A stretch of DNA of 64,000 bases from an uncultured Gammaproteobacteria bacterium (GTDB lineage: Bacteria; Patescibacteriota; Patescibacteriia; UBA1558; GWA2-36-10), in assembly GCA_964604515.1 (NCBI GenBank), contig CAZRZA010000001.1, positions 16,243-80,242 on the forward strand. The letters run 5' to 3'. Shown here one piece after another: positions 1-8,904 of the stretch. Each line of letters opens with the position of its first letter. Positions within the stretch are counted from its first letter, which is position 1. Under the pieces are notes generated by a model, which was not told the DNA's origin, made no database searches, and saw nothing but the letters and a program-made list of their open reading frames with translations. A program made the translations under genes and the position numbers.

Positions 1-422
1 CTTTTACCACTTCCTGGTATATAAGGAACAACAACATAAAACTTTTTAGTCATTATTTTTTCCATTGTTACTAATTCAGAAATAAATTGTCTATAATCGG
101 CAGTTTGCATACGTAATAATTCATTAGTTTGTTCTTTTTCTAAAGATTCTAATTTATCTAAATAATCTTCAATATTTAAAGGACGAGATTGAACAACTAT
201 TTGAATAGGATATGCTAAAGAATTTAAAAATCCAACATAACCACTAATAACAGCTCTTTGTTCATCTTCTGACTTTAAGTCAAAGTTAATAGAAGATACA
301 AATAGCACTCCTCTAACTGTACCATCATTTAAAACAACCATATCATCTTTTATTTCTGCAATATCTAAATACTTCTGCGTAGAAGATGAGGGTTTATTTC
401 CGGCTAATTTTTTACTTTTCAT
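1..422 (-). CDS. VirB4/TraC-like type IV secretion ATPase, N-terminal fragment (gene continues beyond window start)
   Basis: Own translation of minus strand from ATG at about 420-422: MKSKKLAGNKPSSSTQKYLDIAEIKDDMVVLNDGTVRGVLFVSSINFDLKSEDEQRAVISGYVGFLNSLAYPIQIVVQSRPL... Pattern resembles N-termini of Gram-positive/CPR VirB4 (DUF87-type) ATPases; adjacent to PrgI-family gene. Not in ORF track because truncated. Confidence 0.4.
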   Translation of the reverse strand, partial: MKSKKLAGNKPSSSTQKYLDIAEIKDDMVVLNDGTVRGVLFVSSINFDLKSEDEQRAVISGYVGFLNSLAYPIQIVVQSRPLNIEDYLDKLESLEKEQTNELLRMQTADYRQFISELVTMEKIMTKKFYVVVPYIPGSGK

Positions 423-427
423 ATATT

Positions 428-889
428 TTATTTATTATGAACAACATTATTTTCCTGATTAGCATCTAATTCTCCTCTATATGCTCCTCCGGTATCTATT
501 ATTAATGATAGTTCTGATAATCTCTTTTTAGGAGCTAAAGACTTACGAGGAATAATCTTTTCTTTAATATCCTCTCCTTCTGCTTTTTTATGTTCTATTT
601 CTATATCCTCTTTTAACCAAACTCTAGTCTTTGGCTTTTTAAAAGATTGTATAAAGTTTAGAAGAAAAAAATGAAAAGGCATACCATTTACTTTAGCAAA
701 AGCTAAAGTACCAAAAGTTATTACTATTAATATTAATTGTAAGATGAATAAAGCAAAATCTGATAATTTATAAGCAACAAATGCTAAAAAGCCTGCAAAT
801 AAAACAATCAAAAATTGTCTAACAGTAATTGGTCCAAAAACTCTTGCTTCATTTTCTATAAATTGGGGGACAACAAATTTATCTTGCAT
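428..889 (-). CDS. PrgI-family small membrane protein (T4SS-associated)
   Basis: 153 aa, two hydrophobic helices, motif GPITVRQFL typical of PrgI-family proteins that accompany VirB4-like ATPases; 1-nt spacing to next gene. Confidence 0.5.
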   Translation of the reverse strand: MQDKFVVPQFIENEARVFGPITVRQFLIVLFAGFLAFVAYKLSDFALFILQLILIVITFGTLAFAKVNGMPFHFFLLNFIQSFKKPKTRVWLKEDIEIEHKKAEGEDIKEKIIPRKSLAPKKRLSELSLIIDTGGAYRGELDANQENNVVHNK

Positions 890-890
890 C

Positions 891-2075
891 TTAAAATCTT
901 AATAATTTATTTAAATCTGATATGGCTGTAAATTCTTTTTCTGTTAAAAATTCTTTCTTTTCTTTTTGATACTTATTTATAGTTTCTTTTACTTCTTTAT
1001 CATTTTCTAAACTTTCATTACCTATTTGTAAATATAGTTTATATATTTCATTATTCCTCCAAGCTTTTATACCTTCTGATTTTTTAGTGTAAGAATCTTC
1101 TGCTAAAAGATTAATCTTATAAAGTATTTTATCTGCCCTAGCCTGAGCATTGTCACCCAAACGCTGAAAATCACTTAATTTTAAATTCCTTAATTCATCT
1201 ATTGGTCCAGATAATACTTTTTTAGTTTTTTTAGATTGAGAAAGAACATCATCAATTTTATTTTTATCAGAACTAATCTTGGAGGGTCGAGAAACTTTTG
1301 GTAAAGCATCTTTAAATTTACTTTCTTTTTTAGCTACCTTTTCTTCTTTTATTTTCTTTTCTACTTTAGGTTTTTCTTTTATCTTTATTTCTGGCTTTAT
1401 CTCAGTTTTTATTAGCTGAGGTATTATCTTTGGTTCTGGAGCCTTAACTATATTTTTAATCTCTTTTATTTTAGGTTCAATAGGCTTTTGATTATCCTCT
1501 ACTTTCTCTAGCTTAACTTCTTCTATCATCACTACTAAACCACCTGCTTTTTCTATTTTCTTATATATTCCCTTTATTATTAATACTAAATTATCTACAA
1601 AATCTTTTTTTAAAGGTTTCTTATTTACTAATATTTTAGTATTTAAAGCCTCCCTTAAAACAATTATGCTTTTTCTATTACGAAAAAAATCAAAGATAAT
1701 ATTAGAAAAATATTCTTTATTTTCTTTATCTAATTTTAAATTATGCTTAATTATTAACTTATTAACTATTTTATTTAGACTATATTTCTTACTATTATCC
1801 TTTGGTAATTCTTTAGCTATTTTATCTAATTGATACTTATCTTCAGGATGAAAAGAAAAATCAGCCTTATCATTAGCTTGACCATTTAAAGAAGGTGTAG
1901 GCTCAAAAGAATCATTTTGAGGAGCTTTATCTAAATTAAAATTATTACTATTTTTTTCTTCCTGAAATGTATCTAAATCTTGATTTAAATTATGGAATTT
2001 ACCTTCTTGATCCTTAATTAATAAATCATTAGACCAATTACTATTATTTTTATTTTTGTCATCCTTTAAGGTCAT
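891..2075 (-). CDS. hypothetical Lys/Glu-rich protein (394 aa), possibly part of T4SS-like module
   Basis: Long ORF, K/E/I-rich with PEPK/IKPE repeats; no recognisable catalytic motif. Confidence 0.5.
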   Translation of the reverse strand: MTLKDDKNKNNSNWSNDLLIKDQEGKFHNLNQDLDTFQEEKNSNNFNLDKAPQNDSFEPTPSLNGQANDKADFSFHPEDKYQLDKIAKELPKDNSKKYSLNKIVNKLIIKHNLKLDKENKEYFSNIIFDFFRNRKSIIVLREALNTKILVNKKPLKKDFVDNLVLIIKGIYKKIEKAGGLVVMIEEVKLEKVEDNQKPIEPKIKEIKNIVKAPEPKIIPQLIKTEIKPEIKIKEKPKVEKKIKEEKVAKKESKFKDALPKVSRPSKISSDKNKIDDVLSQSKKTKKVLSGPIDELRNLKLSDFQRLGDNAQARADKILYKINLLAEDSYTKKSEGIKAWRNNEIYKLYLQIGNESLENDKEVKETINKYQKEKKEFLTEKEFTAISDLNKLLRF

Positions 2076-2137
2076 TTTACCTTAATATTAATATGTTAAA
2101 GTTTTCTATATTATAACATATTTTCCTCAAGAAGACC

Positions 2138-2167
2138 AACAAAAAAAATAAACCCTCTGCAGGGTTT
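2138..2167 (-). terminator. rho-independent terminator downstream of efp (minus strand)
   Basis: Hairpin aaaccctctgcagggttt preceded on plus strand by A9 (U-run on minus strand), 15 nt after efp stop. Confidence 0.6.
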
Positions 2168-2183
2168 ATTTATCTAAAATATT

Positions 2184-2741
2184 TTAAATTCTTTCTACAT
2201 ATTCTCCCGTTTCTGTGTTTATTTTTAACTTATCTCCTGCTTTTATAAATAAAGGAGTTCTAATTTCTAAACCTGTTTCTAAAGTAATAACTTTGGTAAC
2301 AGCTCCTGAACTATTACCCTTAACACCGTCAGGTGCTACAGAAACTTCTAAGATTATTTTTTTAGGTAAAGAAATAGAGACTGGATTATTATTAAATATT
2401 AAAACATTTACCTCTTGACCTTCTTTCAAATATTTAACTAAATCACCCAAAGTATCTTCATTAAATTGAAATTGCTCAAAGCTTTCATTGTCCATGAAGA
2501 AATAATCAGCTCCTTGTTGATAAAGAAAGTTAGCTTGACGATTAATAATATCTGCTTCTTCAACATTATCTGAACCAGAGAATGTTTTTTCTAAAGTAGA
2601 GCCAGTTACCAAGTTTTTTAATTTAGTTTTTAATACTGCTCCACCACGGGCTACTTTAATATGTTGAGTATATACTATTTGATAGGGATCATTATTTAAA
2701 TTAATAACTTTACCTAATTTTAATTCATTCATTGCTAACAT
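2184..2741 (-). CDS. efp: elongation factor P (Arg32-type loop)
   Basis: 185 aa; KOW/OB architecture; loop sequence IKVARGGA aligns Arg32 to the modified Lys34 of E. coli EF-P. Confidence 0.93.
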   Translation of the reverse strand: MLAMNELKLGKVINLNNDPYQIVYTQHIKVARGGAVLKTKLKNLVTGSTLEKTFSGSDNVEEADIINRQANFLYQQGADYFFMDNESFEQFQFNEDTLGDLVKYLKEGQEVNVLIFNNNPVSISLPKKIILEVSVAPDGVKGNSSGAVTKVITLETGLEIRTPLFIKAGDKLKINTETGEYVERI

Positions 2742-2745
2742 GAGC

Positions 2746-2964
2746 TTATCTTACTAAATATGGTAAAAAAGCCATAAATCTAGCTCTTTTTATAGATTGA
2801 GCTATTCCTCTTTGATGCTTAGAACAAGCCCCGCTTTTTCTTTTGGGAACTATTTTACCATAAGAGGAGGTAAATCTTTGTAATTGTTGCCAATTCTTAT
2901 AATCAATATGATCTTGATTATTAACACAAAAATGACAGTATTTATTCTTATTTTTCTTATGCAT
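2746..2964 (-). CDS. rpsR: 30S ribosomal protein S18
   Basis: 72 aa; CHFC... basic S18 signature; rpsF-ssb-rpsR order. Confidence 0.9.
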   Translation of the reverse strand: MHKKNKNKYCHFCVNNQDHIDYKNWQQLQRFTSSYGKIVPKRKSGACSKHQRGIAQSIKRARFMAFLPYLVR

Positions 2965-2981
2965 ATTATTTATTATTTAAT

Positions 2982-3425
2982 TTAAAAAGGTATATCCTCA
3001 ACATTAACTTCTTCTACCTCTGCTTCTTTAGTTACAGCTGGCTCTTCTTTTACTTGAGAATAATTATCTTTAGTATATTGCTGATTACTATTACCACCTT
3101 TATTATCTAACATAATCATATTATCAGCTATAATTTCTGTACGATATTTTTTTACTCCACTAGGATCATCCCAGCTTCTAGTTTGTAAACGACCTTCAAT
3201 ATATACTTTACTACCTTTTTTAAGGTATTCACCAACAATTTCTGCTAAACGACGCCAGGCTACTACATTATGAAATTCCGGTTTTTCTTGCTTCTGTCCT
3301 TGAGCATCTTTCCAAACCATATTAGTGGCTACAGAAAAAGAGGTTACATTTTGACCACCTGAAGTAGTACGCATTTCAGGATCACGAACTACATTACCGA
3401 TAATCATTGCTTTATTTAAATTCAT
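2982..3425 (-). CDS. ssb: single-stranded DNA-binding protein
   Basis: N-terminal OB fold (MNLNKAMIIGNVVRDPEMR...WHNVVAW...), acidic C-terminal tail ending DIPF. Confidence 0.9.
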   Translation of the reverse strand: MNLNKAMIIGNVVRDPEMRTTSGGQNVTSFSVATNMVWKDAQGQKQEKPEFHNVVAWRRLAEIVGEYLKKGSKVYIEGRLQTRSWDDPSGVKKYRTEIIADNMIMLDNKGGNSNQQYTKDNYSQVKEEPAVTKEAEVEEVNVEDIPF

Positions 3426-3446
3426 ATATTTATCTTATTTAATTTA

Positions 3447-3887
3447 TTAATCTAAAAGATTATCTAATTTAGAATCAATATCATCTAAATTAATCTTAGT
3501 GATCTCTACTTTATCTTCTTTAGGTTTGTCATTCTTAGTCTTTACCGCTTCTTTTTTAATTTCTCTTTTATTTTCTTTCTTTTCTTCTTCGCTAATAAAA
3601 GGTTTTTTGATAGTTAAATGACGTAAGATATTATCATTATGCTTTAACTTAGTATCTAAATCATTTAAATTACCCTTTTCTTCTGCTTTAAACTCTAAAG
3701 AAATATAAAAACCATGCTTTTGCTTATTAATAGCATAAGCTAATTTCTTACGACCTAAAGAAACGGGTTCTTTGCTTATTTGACCTTTAATACCTTTAAT
3801 GTAATCTAAAACCTTATTTTTGATTTCACCATGCTCTGTTTCAGGTATCAGAGCACTAATAATGAATGTTAGTTCATAGTTTTCCAT
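3447..3887 (-). CDS. rpsF: 30S ribosomal protein S6
   Basis: MENYELTFII... S6 N-terminus; track ORF extends 13 codons upstream from a GTG (3926) which I consider 5' UTR. Confidence 0.85.
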   Translation of the reverse strand: MENYELTFIISALIPETEHGEIKNKVLDYIKGIKGQISKEPVSLGRKKLAYAINKQKHGFYISLEFKAEEKGNLNDLDTKLKHNDNILRHLTIKKPFISEEEKKENKREIKKEAVKTKNDKPKEDKVEITKINLDDIDSKLDNLLD

Positions 3888-3899
3888 ATTTTTATAAAT

Positions 3900-3925
3900 T
3901 ACCCTCAAAATATATTTGAGGGACA
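3900..3925 (-). promoter_or_regulatory. hairpin in rpsF 5' leader (candidate S6:S18 autoregulatory structure)
   Basis: ccctcaaaatatatttgaggg inverted repeat (8-bp stem) immediately upstream of proposed rpsF start. Confidence 0.3.
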
Positions 3926-4054
3926 CATTTACTTAAAGTAAATAGTTTGGTTAATTAGATAAAAAGGAACTTTATTGACGTTAGCTACTTTAACATAAAG
4001 GGTATTATAAGTCAATATATTGACCTAATACTATATTTTAATTACTATTAACTT

Positions 4055-5227
4055 ATGAAAAGATATATATTTATTCTCGGACAAAATCCAGAATTATCAC
4101 AACAAGAAATTATTAATATTATTAAAAGAAAGAAAGGAATAATAGAGGCTATTTCTAATAGTTATGTTTTAGCTAAAATTAATATAAAACCCGCAGAATT
4201 AATTAATAATTTAGGAGGGATAATAAAAATAGTAGAGTATAAAGAAAGTATTAATAATTTAGAAAATTTAAATATTATTGATTATTATCAAGATAATTTA
4301 AATAAAGAAAAGAAAAATAATATTGGCTTTAGTATTTATAATAGTAATAATAAAGAATATCATAAAATATTTAAATCTTTTTTAGAATTAAAAAAAGAAT
4401 TAAAAAAAGATAATTATAAAATTCGTTTAGTGAGTAGTAAAGAAAATATATTATCTTCTGTAATTGTTTCTAAAAATAAATTATTAAATAAAGAATTAAT
4501 TATTATCAAAGATCATAATAATTATTTAATTGGCCTTACTTTAGCTATACAAGATTTTGCTAAATATAGTAAAAGAGATATGCTTCGACCAGCTCGAGAC
4601 AATAAATCAGGCATGCTTCCTCCTAAATTAGCTCAAATAATGATTAATTTAGCTAATTTAGATACTACTAAAGTATTTTTAGATCCATTTTGTGGTTCGG
4701 GAACTATCTTGCAGGAAGCTATGCTTTTAGGGTATCAAAATATAAATGGTAGTGATTTAAGTAATAAAGCTGTCATGGATACCAAAGAAAATATAGCTTG
4801 GCTTAAAAAAGAATATAATTTAAAGAATAATATTAATATTCAAAGAATGGCTACTAAAGACTTAAGCAAATTCTACCCTTCTCATTCTATAGATTTAATT
4901 ATTACTGAACCATTTATGGGAGATGCTCGTTTAATACAAAAAACTAATGACAAAGAAATATTAAAAAGCATTAAATATGAATTACAAGAATTATACTTAA
5001 ATACTTTTAAAGAATTTAAAAAAATACTATCCCCTCAAGGAAGAATAGTATTTATATTCCCTATCATTGATAATTTATATACTTTAGATCAAAGAGTGTT
5101 AAATAATATAGATTTTAAATTAATTAAAGTAGCTAATAACTCTGCTAATTTATCTAATAATAATAATTTAATATATAGTAGAGATAAACAAAAAGTTAAA
5201 AGAGAAATTACTATTTGGCAGAATTAA
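4055..5227 (+). CDS. SAM-dependent RNA methyltransferase, Trm11/RlmL-like (N2-guanine type motifs)
   Basis: DPFCGSGT (motif I) and TEPFMGD (NPPY-like motif IV) in C-terminal half; N-terminal half THUMP-like size. Confidence 0.5.
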   Translation: MKRYIFILGQNPELSQQEIINIIKRKKGIIEAISNSYVLAKINIKPAELINNLGGIIKIVEYKESINNLENLNIIDYYQDNLNKEKKNNIGFSIYNSNNKEYHKIFKSFLELKKELKKDNYKIRLVSSKENILSSVIVSKNKLLNKELIIIKDHNNYLIGLTLAIQDFAKYSKRDMLRPARDNKSGMLPPKLAQIMINLANLDTTKVFLDPFCGSGTILQEAMLLGYQNINGSDLSNKAVMDTKENIAWLKKEYNLKNNINIQRMATKDLSKFYPSHSIDLIITEPFMGDARLIQKTNDKEILKSIKYELQELYLNTFKEFKKILSPQGRIVFIFPIIDNLYTLDQRVLNNIDFKLIKVANNSANLSNNNNLIYSRDKQKVKREITIWQN

Positions 5228-6447
5228 GTTACCCAAGATAAATTATCCTTAATAACTTGTACTTCTCGCCATTTTAATATTCCATCAGCTTCATCTAAAT
5301 AAACAACTTGCCCACTACGCTTTATTAAATGAGTTAAATAATAAGCCATGATAGTGGGTTCTTTAATTTTTAATTTATCTACTAATATCATTTCTAAGAA
5401 TAATCTTCTTTTCAATAATGGTCCTTCTTTAACAAAACTATGAGCAACACCATTACCATATCTAATGGTTAGGAAACGCTTCATGACACTTTGTAAGCGT
5501 TTATCTTCCTTAATTAGCCTGTCTAGGCTCTTTTTCTTTATCAAGACCCTTAAACAGCCTAAAGCTTTATTACTATCTCCTAAGCCTAAACTATCCCATA
5601 GTAAATCTCCTACTTTCATTATTCTATTATCTACTTCAGAAAGAATATACTCTTCTGCTAAAATATCTTTTTCTAAATCTAATAAATCTTGTTTTAATTG
5701 TTCTAAGATATTATCAATATTTATTTCTTCTTTAACTTCTTTTTTCTTTTCTATATATTCAGCTACTGTTAATACAGAACCATTATTAATTATATTTACA
5801 ATATTATCCTTATCATATGAATCAAAGAACCTTATTAAGGAAGTCTTCTCTTCATTATTTAAATCTAAGATATTCTGATTATTAGAAAAGTATTTAGATC
5901 TTTGTAATGAATCATGATTACTGGCTCCTAAATAATGAACATAATCCTTTATCCAATTATCAACACTAGGAGTAACTTTACGATTATCTCTATTAACTAT
6001 CTTTTTAGAACTTAATCTTAAGTCTTTAAAGTCTTCATATTTTTTTAAAAGATTCTTAATATTACCATGAGCTTCATTGGGGAATAATTCATGTTGTAAA
6101 ACTGTTTTTCTTAAATGTTTTAAACGAGGCACTTTACCACCTAAACGAAGAATTAATCTATCTACTTTACCTAAATAATCTTGTAAAGGCCATAATATAT
6201 TATATGCTATTTCTAAGGCTAAAGCTCTTAAGTCTAATTCATTAGCATTTTCTATATCTTCTAATTTCTGAGGAAGGTCTAAAACAGAAACTTCTTTCAA
6301 AAATAAAGGTTTTTGTATGCTTACAATATAATCTATTTGCTTAAAACTAAGAGAAAACTTTTTTTCAATTTCTCTATTAATATTAGTTAAAGTTGAGCTA
6401 AAAACAATATCTTTAACTTCTTCTGGTAATTCTTGTAAGCTATTCAT
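5224..6447 (-). CDS. hypothetical cytoplasmic protein (407 aa), last gene of giant-protein operon
   Basis: Long ORF, 1-nt gap to upstream VirB6-like gene; no recognisable motifs. Confidence 0.5.
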   Translation of the reverse strand: MNSLQELPEEVKDIVFSSTLTNINREIEKKFSLSFKQIDYIVSIQKPLFLKEVSVLDLPQKLEDIENANELDLRALALEIAYNILWPLQDYLGKVDRLILRLGGKVPRLKHLRKTVLQHELFPNEAHGNIKNLLKKYEDFKDLRLSSKKIVNRDNRKVTPSVDNWIKDYVHYLGASNHDSLQRSKYFSNNQNILDLNNEEKTSLIRFFDSYDKDNIVNIINNGSVLTVAEYIEKKKEVKEEINIDNILEQLKQDLLDLEKDILAEEYILSEVDNRIMKVGDLLWDSLGLGDSNKALGCLRVLIKKKSLDRLIKEDKRLQSVMKRFLTIRYGNGVAHSFVKEGPLLKRRLFLEMILVDKLKIKEPTIMAYYLTHLIKRSGQVVYLDEADGILKWREVQVIKDNLSWVT

Positions 6448-6448
6448 T

Positions 6449-8899
6449 TTATTTATTAGATAACTTATCTACTGCCTTAGCTAAGTCTTCTGTTGCTTGA
6501 GTCTGGGCATCTTTAGCATCTTTGGCTGCAACTTTATCTTGTTCAGCTTGCACTTTTTTCTCTTTAGCATCTCTACTCTTCTGCTTCTTACTTATAAATT
6601 TATCACTTTCATCTTTATCATCATCTTCGTCTATATACTTATTATATTCATTAACAACTGTTTCGCTTACCAAATCTCTAGTAACTGTATTATGTAGCAT
6701 TTCATCTGCAGCCTCAAGATTTGTAGTACCATCATCATTTGTAACTTGCAATTCTACTATTAATTCTTTTTGTTTTCTGGTGCTCACTTCTTTTGTTAAG
6801 GATGCTGTATCCTTGGGATCAGCAATTCTAATAGCAGCTTTAAACATATCTGAAGCTTCTTCATTGTTCTTGGGAGCCATCTTAGCAAGAGATTTGCTGC
6901 TAATTACAGATCCTAAGCTCTTATCAAAGTCTTTTTTAGCTGCTGGATCAAGACCAGCGGTTAATTTCTTATAAGCAGCCTTGGATTGTTTAGGATCGTT
7001 CAATTGCATTATAGCTTTTTTACCAGCTGCACTTTCCTTGTCTATGCCACCATCTTTATCTGTTACCTTTCCTTCAGCCTTGATAGAGCTCATTCCTTCT
7101 TTAATAGCTTTTTGCATAGGCCCACTAAGTTTTTCAATAGACTTAAGAAAGTCTTCACTAGAGGTGTTCTTATTAGCTAATATTGCTCCTACTATTTCCT
7201 TAGCTCCTTCGGTTAACTCTCCGTTCTGGGCCATACTATCATCATCAAATCCTTTTAGAGCATCTACTCCTTTTGCTTTTACTAGTTTCTCTGCTGATTC
7301 TGGAGTATGAGTATCAGCTCTTGTCTGTCTTATTTTTTCTACTAACTCTGTTTCTCCTGCAGCACCTAAGTCTTCTATTACTCTCTGAGCCTCATCACTA
7401 TCTTTAAAATTATTATTTTTAGCCTTATCCTTACTTATGGCTAATTTAGTAGCTGGTCCCACACCCAAGCCTTTCTCTAAGTAATCACCCATGTCTGAGT
7501 CTGTTATACCAGCAGCTTTAGCCTTTTCTTCAACATAAGCTGTTTTCTTTCTTCGACGACTATTTTCTTTAGCTTTAGCACGCATTTCAACTTTCTCAAG
7601 AGATTCACCAACTTTACCAAAGGCTCCACCAACTTTTTGACCAAGTTTACTACCTGCTATTTCTTTTAATTTATCGCCATATTTACTGCCCGCTACTTGT
7701 TTACCAATTTTACTATCCTTAGCACTCTTAACTAACCTAACAGCTCCACCGCTTAACTTACTCTTGCCCCATGATGTAGCTCTAGAACCACCACCCTTAA
7801 ACATACCCTCTCCACTTGTGCCAGAATAGAGCATTCTTGCTCCTCCCTTAACTTTGTCTAAGGCTTTTTTCTTAACAGCATTGCCCATAGTACCTATAGC
7901 ATCAGATACTTTAGCAGCCCCTTTCATTCCCATCTCTGATGCTACCTGAAGACTGCCCATTAACATGGCTATACCAATAACAAAATTAATCATTTTATTA
8001 GGCTGATGAGCTTCTCCTAAGCCATCTAAACCGTCTCCTCCGCCACCGGAAGTCATGGAATCGCTTATATCACCAGCACCAACTATAGAAAAAGATAGCC
8101 AAAGAAAAAAAGCTAAAAGAGGGCCCTTTATTAATTCTTTACTTAATTTACTTAACCATTGATCAAAGTATTTCTTGCCACCTGGAAAAACATTAGCAAA
8201 AAAAGCCATAGGTGACAAAACAATAAGTATCCAAAGCTGAACTATCCTAGATGCAAAAGAAGTAATATATATTGCAATAACCATAACGGTTATTAAAAGC
8301 ATAATACCCATTAATATTACAGAAGTAACAACGATAAAGAGTTGCTCTCCACTAGCATTATCAATAGCTGTGCTTAATTCACCCCATTCTCCCATACCTA
8401 AAGCAACTGCTATATTACCAGCTGCTATATCTTTAATAGCAGCAACAAATGTTAACATTACTATTTGAAAAATATCAATAACAAAACCTACTATTGTTTT
8501 ACTAAAATTAATTAAAATAGCTAGAATAAGAAATTTCTTTAAAAGAGCTTCATAACCATAGCTTTTTATCTTTAATATAGTTGCAAAAGCAATAACTAAA
8601 AAAACAATAATAAAAAGCATATTAGACAAATCTCTCATTGCTATCCAACCATTTATAACGCCCTGTTCAAAAATAAAGTTATTATACTGAGCTATCATGG
8701 GTAAAATCCATAATTCTAATTTCAGAACTAAGCCTAAAGGATAAATCATTAAATAATAAACAATGCCTGCTATCATTTGTCCAGCAAAGCCCATCATACC
8801 ATCAGCATGAGCTAAATTAGGAATTATTAAACCACTGATTATCAAAAGAAAAGCCCAGTAATTATTTTTAAATTTATTTCTAATAATATTAATTCTCAT
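6449..8899 (-). CDS. VirB6/TrbL-like polytopic membrane protein with ~500-aa Lys/Gly/Ala/Asp-rich C-terminal tail
   Basis: Start placed at MRINIIRNKF... (signal-like, AHA cleavage) rather than track GTG at 8956 which overlaps the giant gene; ~7 hydrophobic helices in first 320 aa then low-complexity KxG-rich hydrophilic tail. Confidence 0.4.
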   Translation of the reverse strand: MRINIIRNKFKNNYWAFLLIISGLIIPNLAHADGMMGFAGQMIAGIVYYLMIYPLGLVLKLELWILPMIAQYNNFIFEQGVINGWIAMRDLSNMLFIIVFLVIAFATILKIKSYGYEALLKKFLILAILINFSKTIVGFVIDIFQIVMLTFVAAIKDIAAGNIAVALGMGEWGELSTAIDNASGEQLFIVVTSVILMGIMLLITVMVIAIYITSFASRIVQLWILIVLSPMAFFANVFPGGKKYFDQWLSKLSKELIKGPLLAFFLWLSFSIVGAGDISDSMTSGGGGDGLDGLGEAHQPNKMINFVIGIAMLMGSLQVASEMGMKGAAKVSDAIGTMGNAVKKKALDKVKGGARMLYSGTSGEGMFKGGGSRATSWGKSKLSGGAVRLVKSAKDSKIGKQVAGSKYGDKLKEIAGSKLGQKVGGAFGKVGESLEKVEMRAKAKENSRRRKKTAYVEEKAKAAGITDSDMGDYLEKGLGVGPATKLAISKDKAKNNNFKDSDEAQRVIEDLGAAGETELVEKIRQTRADTHTPESAEKLVKAKGVDALKGFDDDSMAQNGELTEGAKEIVGAILANKNTSSEDFLKSIEKLSGPMQKAIKEGMSSIKAEGKVTDKDGGIDKESAAGKKAIMQLNDPKQSKAAYKKLTAGLDPAAKKDFDKSLGSVISSKSLAKMAPKNNEEASDMFKAAIRIADPKDTASLTKEVSTRKQKELIVELQVTNDDGTTNLEAADEMLHNTVTRDLVSETVVNEYNKYIDEDDDKDESDKFISKKQKSRDAKEKKVQAEQDKVAAKDAKDAQTQATEDLAKAVDKLSNK

Positions 8900-8904
8900 A
8901 TATT

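Noticed and set aside
5465-5878. Plus-strand 137-aa ORF antisense to the 407-aa gene (and similar antisense ORFs at 2215..2418, 6497..7310, 8991..10460, 15483..16027, 26130..26801, 27835..29313, 33508..35400, 45378..45665, 52332..52904, 53160..53615, 57565..58311)
   Set aside because: All lie entirely inside stronger opposite-strand genes with recognisable motifs. Their translations are low-complexity (S/L/F/I-rich), which is typical of antisense frames in AT-rich DNA.
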